64,000 nt of DNA, taken from positions 508,887 to 572,886 of the forward strand of contig JAAOMT010000183.1 in NCBI GenBank assembly GCA_016748015.1, read 5' to 3'. Shown in pieces: positions 1-9,894 of the stretch (position 1 is its first letter; each line of letters starts with the position of its first letter). The position numbers and the translations under genes were made by a program. Below the pieces are notes generated by a model. That model did no database searches. It was not told the origin of the DNA and saw nothing but the letters and a program-made list of their open reading frames with translations. The stretch is from Geosiphon pyriformis uo1 (lineage: Eukaryota > Fungi > Glomeromycota).

Positions 1-712
1 TGATATTAGAAAATTAGAGCACATTGTTCAGCAATGTGAACATTGCTCAAGAAATTATAGCACATCACTCAGGAATATGAGCGATCTCATAGAACATTAA
101 TTATGTATATATAGCAGTAACGTTAGAAGTAGAAAAATAAGAAGAATTCTTTAGTTAGAAATCTTCTATTCACAAATATTAAATAAATAAATCATTTACT
201 ATTCAAATCTACTCTCTACTATCAACACTTTATGTTGATAGCAATTGATACCTAATTATGCTGAAACAATAGCTCTTGATCATGGCTATTGATGAGATAC
301 TAATATGCATATTGCCTTGGCTCATTTCTTTATTTTTTTTATTTATTTCTTTTTTTAATTTTTACTGTTATATACTAACTGATTAAAGATTAAAGCACTG
401 AGTAATTGACATCATAGATAGTCTGATAAAAGACCCAGAAATAAGGGTAAAATTATATATATATTAATGGATAGCTTACCAGAAGGGCACAACTGCCAGA
501 ATAAACTGGCCACCAAGCTGAAGACAGAAATTGGGAACACAACTTACCAACCAACTATATTAGCATTGAATCTCTGTTCATTATACAAAAGACTCAACTC
601 TAAAACCTTCAGATACAACCAATATATTAGTATCATCAATATTGTCAAGATATTGAGCACCAAGTTACAAATTTGTTATTTGATTTGAGATCTCAAATAA
701 TTATCTATAATA
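1..712 (+). repeat. 5' LTR of Gypsy copy A (partial)
   Basis: Aligns with ~9180-9894; ends CTATAATA (mutated TGTAACA) directly before TTTGGTGC. Confidence 0.93.
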
Positions 713-732
713 TTTGGTGCTCTTTGTGAAAT
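713..732 (+). promoter_or_regulatory. Primer-binding site (TGGTGCTC...), priming tRNA not identified
   Basis: TGG 2 nt after the LTR end; the same motif follows the LTRs ending at 45074 (+) and 42979 (-). Confidence 0.8.
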
Positions 733-774
733 ATAATCTTACAGAGAACAGCACCAACCATAATCATCCAAACA

Positions 775-2460
775 GTGGCAGAATCCAAAGAAATAGGAAC
801 AAACTATTTAGAATTTGCAAAATCTTTATTCCAATACTATCACACTCATCTCGGATTAACAAATAATAGTTGGCCAACCAAATCAGCTTTCAATTGCTAT
901 GTTAACAAAAGAATAGTATATCACTTGGGAGGCCAAAGAGATCCAGAATCCGCCTTCAACAACTTTTTCAATAAATTACTTCAAGCACCACCCTTCCACA
1001 AAATTACCTATTTGCACTTCTAATTACAGAAATAAACAGGGAAATTGAAAAATACACCAAACAGAGATTTCCTATCACTTTTGCAGACAAAGACAAAAGA
1101 AGACTACAAACACCAACAAGAACACCAAAGCAAATCCAACTACTTACTTGGAAGAAACAAAAGTTTAATTCACCTGTTAATTTATCATATTACCACACAC
1201 TCGGAAGCACTATCAATATAATAAACATAGTTACAACAAGCATGAAAATGCCACTAAACAGAATCTCATTCCAAAGTAAACAAAAGAAGACAGAGTTATT
1301 AAGAACATATGGCAATTATTTCGAGAGATTTAAATCACGATCAACAACGCCATCAGAAATTTGATCACCACCACCACAACCAGATTTCAGAGCCATTAGT
1401 TCTTGGGAAATAACCAACTCTAAGGAAGAAGAGAGTAGTGATCAGGAAGTTAATAAGCAAAACCCAATTCTAGAACATTCAGAAATTAAAACTCTGGTTA
1501 ATCAAACTCCAGAAAATCAGAATAATCAAAACTCTGACATAATTAATTAGCACTTATCTCCAGTAATCATGATCAATCTACCACCAGTTCCATTAAACAC
1601 CCAACAGCAACAACAGCCACAATTGCTACCTCAACAACAAATTCAGCAGCAACCACAACCCAACTTAGATCTAATGGCATACACACCAATAGCCAAACTC
1701 GAAAAATTCACTGGCAAAAAAAATAACACCCAAGTATGGCTAAATGATGTGGAGAAAGCCATTGCAGCTAATGGATGAAATGACACCAAAGCCATGCAAG
1801 CCATCCCATATTTTCTCCAGAATACTGCCAATTCATGATACTAAAGTCTGGTTAACAAACCCCAAGATTTCAATGCATTCAAAATTGAGTTCTTAAGATA
1901 CTTCAGCAACAATAATAGCATTAACAGGCTAGCAAATACATTCATTACCATCAAACAAGGAGAAAATGAAGCAGTCACTACTTACTTAGGATGCTTCCAC
2001 AAGAATCTGCACCAGATCTAAGCCATTGACACCAATTATTTCACAATGGCCCAGATCCTAAATCAGTTTATTCACAGATTACACAGTAGCATCCTGCAAT
2101 GCATATGTTCATTGCATTCTATTAATCTGCAAGCAGCCATTACAAATGCCCAAGATTTTGAAGCCATTAAACTTGAAGCTAACCACGCCCAAGCCATTAA
2201 TCTAGTAATAAATGGATCATCTGAATTGAATTCCAAATTGAAACAATTTAGTGATTCCATCAATCAGAAATTAGAGGGATACTTAGCTGACAATTACACA
2301 ATTTATCAACTACCATAACAATGCTATAATTCTGGAAATGTGAATTGTTTCCAGAATCAGTCACATTTATTATCATTGACCAATCAACAGTAGCAACAAG
2401 AAATGCATGTTTGCCACTATTGTAATAAACAAGGACACCTACAAATTAATTGCCACCATC
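775..2460 (+). pseudogene. gag remnant: long Q/N-rich N-terminal extension, capsid-like domain and CCHC zinc knuckle
   Basis: MAYTPIAKLEKFTG...WLNDVEKAIAANG(W); QILNQFI; CHYCNKQGHLQINC at ~2412-2455. Broken by stops. Confidence 0.85.
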
Positions 2461-3084
2461 ACTTAAATAACCAACAATCAGAAAATCAATATCAAAACCT
2501 TGATTGCTGGTTTCAAATTCTGAATAACCTATCAAATTCAGAGCCATATTATCAGAATTACATACCTATGACACAGCAGCCACTTTATCATCCACTAGTA
2601 TATCAAGTACCAATTTATCAACTGACAACACCAACAATTTATCAGCCACAGTCACAACCCATTTATTAGCCACAGTTTTAGGTAATCTATCAGCCTCAAC
2701 AAATTCAAATATTGCCACAAAACTTATCTCAAAATGAAATCTAAAGACCGAAATTGACCCAACAAAGCTGGAGATTGTTGATAGTAGTTCATCAACCAAT
2801 CTCCAATTCTTTCACACAACCAGCAGAATCTTGACAATGGAATTCGGGCACTGAGTATGCCCAAAACCCAAATTCTCAGAACTATTTAAGTCTCCTGGTT
2901 ACCACAGAAGATACCCAACCCAATAATTTGGAGACCAACCAACAACCAATACTTACCAGCAACATTTTACCAGCTACTATTACTGAGAACAAATCACTGG
3001 ACACCATCTTCCCATTTAAACTCAAAGAACTGTTGACCATGCTATTATTTAGTGAAGCTGCTCTGGAAGAAAAATCTATTATGG

Positions 3085-3450
3085 CCATGTATACTGATGT
3101 CAAAGTTGATGGCCACTCTATCAAACTGATTCTAGACAGTGAATTAGCTGGCAGCATTATTACAAAACAACTCATGGATCAATTAAGTCGCCAAGTTGAT
3201 TGTGCTGCCAGTGCCAGGATCATAACTGCTGATGGAGCAACAAAAACTCCCATTGGTGAGATCAATAACTTCTCCATTGAAGTCAATGATATCATGGTCC
3301 CAATCAAAGTACTGATTATGGAAGCCACCCAATACCAAGCACTTGTTGAGAATGATTGGCTATCCAAAACCAATGCATTGCTTGATTGGAATATGCAGGA
3401 GCTTCAAATTAGCCAGAACAGTTAACACACACACATACCAACCATGTGTG
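3085..3450 (+). pseudogene. Retropepsin aspartic protease remnant
   Basis: IKLILDS(G/E)LAGSII, TADG and (LVG)NDWL motifs in ORF 2928..3425. Confidence 0.88.
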
Positions 3451-4675
3451 ACTATTTTAAGATCACCAACTCAACAATCCCACTTATCAAATTCGAGGAA
3501 GAGGAAAAGAAACCTACCTGAGAAGCCTATCAAGTTTTCTGGGCCAACACCGAACACAACAAGCTGCTGCCAGTACCTTTGTGAGATGACAACAGTAAAG
3601 GAAAGCAGAGCAAAGAACTTACTTGGAAAGCTGACCAAGCCTGGGAAACTGACAATAACCAGAAAGAACAAATAAATTGGGAATGGAAAGAAGACAAAAA
3701 GGGAAAAGGAAAAAGAAAGAAAGAAGAACCAACAACTGACAGCAACACCACTTATAATTTTTATACTACACCCCACTGATTCACCCAAAACTGGTATGCA
3801 TCAATTGTGGCAAAAAATTGTCGTCAATGAGTGCTTGTTGTGGCAACAATAAGAAGTACACTTCAGCAACAAAATTCTACTGCCATTCATGCATCATTGA
3901 ACACTTTGAAAGGCCAAAACAGGTTGGGAAATAGGACAATGAACCATCTTTGGCTTGTGGAGAAACTTTTCTGGACAAAAAAATATGGAACAACATTCCT
4001 AGGTGAGGAGGAATGTGTGATGAATTGTGTTAATACAAGATTCTCATAAGCAACTGGATAAAGAAAAAAATGCTTATAGATGCTGCCTGGAGACAAGCCG
4101 TCAAACATTTGGATGGATGTCCACATGACAATGACAAAATCTGGCAAATGACACTCACCAAAATCGAAAAAGCAACACTAAAAGAGATAAAAACAATTAA
4201 AAATAACCCATCTAAACCTATAGAACTCGACTAGGACCCAGAACCAATCATAAATCTCTTAGATCCAAAACAATTCCACAAACATTATTAAGAGCTAGCA
4301 CCTATGAGAGAAAAGCAGGAGCAATACTTGAAAGAAATCAACACTCGACTATGTGACTACTGTTTGATTCTATGTGATTTTCAATATTGTAATAAGTGTA
4401 ACCTCATTTACAATCCACCACCATGCATAATTTACATGATCCTAGAGGAAAAAAAACCAATTAGCAACTGTGCATCAGAATCAGAATCAATTTTCAATCC
4501 TGATTCAAACTCTGACAATAACAATAATGAAAATAATAGTTCCAGCTCTGCTCAAAATGGCAACAAAAATATCAGCAATTCAGACTCCGATTTAAACCCT
4601 GAAATATATATTGCACTTCCTGATCTATTTAAAGAGCAGGAACTCAAATAGTATAGTGACAATAATAAAGGTATC

Positions 4676-5070
4676 ATGTCAGAATGCATGTATAATACTG
4701 ATGCAGAGTTTGATTTAAGATATCTGGAAAAAAAAGCCATCAAATTAGAACCAAATTCATGCACATGTATTGATCTCAAAATAGCTCTGGAAATTCCAGC
4801 AACAATTATGGTTCAATTAGCATCTAGAAGTAGCCTAGCAAAAAAAAGAATCAACATCAGAGGAGGAATAATTGACACAAGATATGTAAAAAATATCATT
4901 GTTATGCTACAAAATGACTTTGAAAAGGCCTATATCATAGAGCCAAATGAAAAGATAGCACAAGCAATATTTCTATCTCTGGTTAAAATAGCTCAATTAG
5001 TGTCAGTGGAAAACAGAGAAGAATTAGGAATTACTGCTAAAGGGATATAGAGATTCAGATCAATGAGTAG
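4676..5070 (+). pseudogene. Trimeric dUTPase domain within pol
   Basis: Motifs DA(G/E)FDL, SRSSLA, GGIID..Y, IAQAIF and a degenerate (RG..GFGS) motif V. Confidence 0.9.
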
Positions 5071-5599
5071 AATAGACATACTAATTAATATGGTGAAAAA
5101 AGAGATTATTGACAAAAAAGAAATTATCTCAACCTGTCAATCAATTTCCATTTCACCATATGACCAGTAAATATTACCTATAAAAGGTAAAGTAAAGAAT
5201 TAGGCTTAGTTGTTTAAAGCAGAAGCCACCATTTGCAAATCAGGAGAGATTGGACTCATTAATCTCTACATATTAGTCAAAAGCCCCAAAAATATTAAAA
5301 TTCTCATTTACAACACAACTGAAAGTGTCATTGAAATACCAAAGGGAACTATTATTGGATATTTGACCACTGAAGTTGAGGATCAACCACCAAATCACAT
5401 TCCAGATTTTCCACAGCTTTGTGGATATGTGGATATTACATCACAAACTATCTATGGACAAAGTGAATGTTATCTGCTCCAACCAGAACAATTGGAACAA
5501 ATGAACATGAGAAATCTGATCCACTTCAATGGATGCAACTTAAGATGTTACTCAACAATTTCAATAATATCTTTGCTAGCAAAAATGAATTTGGCCAAA

Positions 5600-6900
5600 C
5601 CAACATCATCTGGCATCAAATCAAGACTGAAAATTCAATGCCAATTAAACAAAGAGCATACAGAGTACCATCAGCTAGCCATGAAATCATTTGTCAAGAA
5701 ATCAACTGGATGCTTGACAATGGGCTAATTTAGTCATTAATGAGTCCATAGTTGTCACCAGTAGTACTAATTCATAAGAAGAATGGAAAAATTTGTTTTT
5801 GTGTAGATTACTGAAAACTGAATGGAGTAACAAAAGGTGATAGCTATCCAACTCCAAAAATTCAAGAACTATTTAATGCTTTTGGAGGAAATAAATGGTT
5901 CTCAATACTAGACTTAGATAGTGGTTACTGGCAAGTAGCCATGGATCCAGCCAACAAAGAAAAAACAGTATTCATCACAAGAAAAAAAAATTTTGAGTTT
6001 GAAGTCATGCCATTTGGCTTGATGAATACTCCAGCAACATTCTAATGGCTCATGGAAATTGTCTATACTGGATTACTATGGAAATTAGTAGTTATATACT
6101 TGGATGACACCAATGTGTTCTCAAAAACATTTAATAATCATTTGCATTATCTCTAACAAGTATTCAAAAGGTTAAGAAGAGCTGGATTGAAACTAAATGC
6201 AATCAAATGTTTCTTTAGAAAAATTAAACTCAAGTTTTTGGGACATGTGGTAAGCAAAAACGGAATCAAAACAGATCCAAACAAGATCAAAGTAGTTAAG
6301 AACTTTCCAGTACCAGCCAACTTGTCAGAACTAAGGGCATTTTTGGGATTCACAGGCTACTATTGCTACTTCATTAAGGACTTTTTTAAACTAGCTCAGC
6401 CACTTCACCATCTACAAACCAAGAATGTGAAGTATGAATGGACTGAAGCTCAACAAGAAGCATTCAACACATTGAGAAGAAAGCTTATCCAAGCTTTAGT
6501 ATTGATGTATCCAGATCACAACAAACCATTCATCATTACTACTGATGCATCAGGTCAAGCATTGGGAGCAGTACTATCACAGAAAAGACCTGATGGAAGA
6601 GAGCATCCAGTAGCTTATGCCAGTAGAAGTTTAAGTCCAGCTAAAAAGAACTATAGAACTCCAGCACTGAAACACTTAGCAATCTATTAGGCTGTCATAA
6701 AATGGAGAGAATACTTAAGCCAAAAGTTTGAAATATATATGGATCACAAAGGATTGACTTCAATTCAGAAACAAAAATTTGCAGACAATTGTCATGTCAG
6801 ATGGAAAATAGAACTTTCACCATTCAATTATACAGTACATTATAAAAAGGGAAAAAACAATAAAAATGCCAATGGATTGTCATGAATGAGACAAATCTAA
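5600..6900 (+). pseudogene. Reverse transcriptase + RNase H remnant
   Basis: PIKQRAYRV, LDLDSGYWQV, MPFGL, YLDD at 6097-6108, FLGHVV, TTDASGQALGAVLSQ, VAYASRSL; ends SxMRQI-TAA at 6898-6900. Confidence 0.95.
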
Positions 6901-6930
6901 AAACATTTCAACCCAAAAATATAACAAAAA

Positions 6931-8308
6931 ATGAACACACAAAAATATTAACAACTCCAGTATTATATAAATACTCAATTGTTTAAGGAGAAATTATCTT
7001 AAAAAGAACAAAACAACATAAAACAGCAATCAAAATATTTCATCAATTATCAAAATATACTTTACCAAAAAAACAGAAGAAATTCAGACCAACCAACCAG
7101 AGTAATTACAGAATCAGAAAAAGAAACAATATTGTTTAACATGCATTAAGATCCAACAGCAAGACATTTTTATAAAGAAGCAACCATAGAAAGAACCAGA
7201 AAAAAATACTATTGGCCATCAATGTATTCAAACATCATTTAATATGTTCAAAATTGTGATGCTTGTCAAAAAAGAGGTGAAACAAAACCCAGTGAACCAT
7301 TAAAACCAATTAAAGTAGGACAATCATTTGATCACATTGGAATTGACTTAGTCAGACCATTAACAATTACCAGTAAAGGCAACAGATATATTGCAGTAGC
7401 TATGGACTATTTCACAAAATGGCCAGAAGCAAAAGCCATTCAAAAAGCAGATACAGAATTCATTGCCGAATTTGTCCATCAAGATTTGATATGTCAACAT
7501 GAATGTCCAAAAGAACTACTATCAGATCAAGGAACTCATTTTGTAAATAAAACATTAACAGAATTAAGTTAGAGATTTGAAATAAAAAGACCATTATCAT
7601 TACCATATCATTCACAAACCAATAGACTAGTTGAAAGATTCAATAAAACATTGTGTAAAACAATCGCCAAAATCAGTCAAGAAAACCAAGATGAATGGAA
7701 TTTGTTTATACCATTAGTATTATTTGCTTATCGAACAATGAAACAAGATACTACACAAGTAACACCATTTGAATTAGTATATAGTAGAACAGCAACATTA
7801 TCAGTTAAGATAAAAGTCAACACATATCCAACTAAACCAATAACAGAAACTAATTTTTAAAAAACATTGTTAAGAAAAACATATGATCTAATAGAAACAC
7901 TAAAAAACAGACAACAAAAAGCAGCTGATAACATTCAAAAGTCTCAAGAAAAGCAAAAAAAATGACATGATAACCAATTACCAAATAAACCAGTTGAATT
8001 CAAGATTAGAGACAAAGTACTTCTACATCATACCAAAGTGGAAAAACAATGGAGTAGAAAATTCGACTCCAAATGGGATAGACCATTTTACATAGAAAAA
8101 ATTCTTGGAAATAGAGCTTATAAATTAAGATGGGACAACAAAATCTTAACCAAAGCAGCACATAGTGATTGACTGAAACCATATTACCAAATAGCATTAT
8201 CATTTACCAATAACATTTCACAATTGGAAGTACAACAAATACTAGTTCAACCAGAGGAGATTTCACAAGATTTGAAACCAATCATAATCATTGAACCAAA
8301 CATGTAAA
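6931..8308 (+). pseudogene. Integrase remnant with its own ATG (HHCC zinc finger, DDE core, GPF-like C-terminus, no chromodomain)
   Basis: MNTQKY.QLQYYI, H..H..YYW..CDACQ, GIDLV, DYFTKWPEA, LLSDQGTHF, LVERFN, KWD.PF.I. Confidence 0.92.
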
Positions 8309-8370
8309 ATCAAACAATGAAAAAGTATATAAAAACATGGTATACGCGACAAAGACAACTAAGAAAAAAA

Positions 8371-9009
8371 ATGGAAATACTAGATTATATTTACATTATA
8401 GCTCAACAATTATTCCAGGCCTTAAGTTAACAATCTTTAAACATGGAAATTATTATTATTAACAACCAAACAATTTGCTATCAAAACACCAAAAAAAAGA
8501 CAAAGAATACACTATATCAGCGGTTACCAAAGAATAATAAAAACTGGTTAGATAAAATAATAGAAAAAGTAAAGAACACTTTTGGGAAAATACCTATTAT
8601 GGCACCAACAGAAAAACTTACAAAAGAGAATTGGAAGCAATAGACAGAACAACTTCTAATATCATATTGTTACTATCAGTTAGGTCGAAAGTTGAATATT
8701 CAAGAGTTGTATATTAACAAATCCAAGAGGATATTTAACCAAAACATAATACAGCAAATTAAAAAATTTATTGGAAAAAAGACAAACTCAACACTACATG
8801 TGAGAACAATTTACTGACTACACAACATATTTCAAAACTATCTAGAAATACTGTTACACTCTGACATGAAAATCATAATCATTAACCAATGGGAAAAAAT
8901 GAACAATATACAAGTAAAAGATGTGAAAAATAAAGTCGAATAAACAATACTAGAAAAAGAAGTATTAGAGCTAATTCAGAATAAAGATTTTAACAGAGCT
9001 TAATATTAA
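8371..9009 (+). pseudogene. ORF3 of Gypsy copy A: ~212-codon protein of unknown function between integrase and PPT
   Basis: One frame from ATG 8371 to TAA 9007-9009, with several internal stops explainable by C>T/G>A. Homologues in copies B, C and D. Confidence 0.75.
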
Positions 9010-9023
9010 AAAGAAGGAGATAA

Positions 9024-9894
9024 TGTTACTTATAAAAAGAAAAACAGATATAAGGAGAATAGTAAACCAATGAGTGAATAGTATGTAGTATGTGAGCACA
9101 TTGTTCAGCAATGTAGAGCAATGATAAAAATCACAGCACATTGCTCAGCAATATAGAGCAATATCAGAAAACATGGCACATTACTCAGCAATGTGGAGCA
9201 ATGTTAAAAAATTAGAGCACATCACTTAGCAATGTAAGCATTGCTCAAAAAATCATAGCATATTGCTTGGAAATGTGAGTGATCTTGTAAAACATCAATT
9301 ATGTATATATAGCAGTAGCATTAAAAGTAGAAAGATAAGAAGAATTCTTTAGTTAAAAATCTTCTATCCACAAATATTAAATAAATAAATCATTCACTAT
9401 CCAAATTCACTCTCTACTATTAACACTTTATATTGACTATGCTGAAACAATAGTTCTTGATTATAGCTATTAATGAGATACTAATGTGCACATTGCCTTG
9501 GCTCATTTCTTTATTTTCTTTTATTTATTTCTTTCTTTAATTTTTACTGTTATATACTAACTGATTAAGGATTAAAGTGTTGAATAATTGATGTCACGGA
9601 TAGCCTAGTAAAAAACTCAGAAATAAGGATAAAATTATATATATATTAATGGATAGCTTACCAGAAAGACATGACTGCCAAAATAAACTGGCCATCAAGC
9701 TGAAGACAGAAATTGGGAACACAACTCACCAACCAATTACATCAGTATTAAATTTCTGTTCATTATACAAAGGACTCAACTCTAAAATCTTCAGATACAA
9801 CCAACATACCAGTATTACCAGTATTGTCAAGATATTGAGCACCAAGTTACAAATTTGTTATTTGATTTGAAACTCTAAATAATCATATGTAACA
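9024..9894 (+). repeat. 3' LTR of Gypsy copy A (871 bp)
   Basis: TGTTAC...GTAACA termini, preceded by purine tract AAAAAGAAGGAGA. Confidence 0.95.
9095..9290 (+). repeat. ~40-bp tandem array (about 5 units) with palindromic core ACATTGCT-C-AGCAATGT in LTR U3
   Basis: Units begin near 9096, 9136, 9176, 9216 and 9257; also present at 1-90 and, reversed, at ~58240-58440. Confidence 0.85.

Larger units (their letters stand above)
1..9894 (+). mobile_element. Ty3/Gypsy LTR retrotransposon, copy A (degenerate; 5' LTR runs off window start)
   Basis: Direct repeats 1-712 and 9024-9894 (TGTTAC...TAACA). PBS TGGTGCTC at 715, PPT 9008-9020. Domain order gag-PR-dUTPase-RT-RH-IN. Many premature stops. 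Confidence 0.96.

Noticed and set aside
467-688. 73-aa ORF intact in both LTRs of copy A (also 9649-9870)
   Set aside because: Copy D's LTR has ACA at the same codon, implying ancestral ACG; the ATG is a CpG-decay artefact.
775-9009. Alternative genetic code to explain the many in-frame TGA/TAA/TAG codons
   Set aside because: Most stops differ between sister copies and derive from CGA/CAA/TGG by transitions; host genes translate cleanly with the standard code and use all three stops.
8371-9009. ORF3 as a retroviral env gene
   Set aside because: Too short; no signal peptide, transmembrane helix or furin-like site is visible.
9095-9290. CRISPR-like array of palindromic repeats
   Set aside because: Spacers are short and mutually similar, the array lies inside a eukaryotic LTR and is copied with it, and no cas genes are present.
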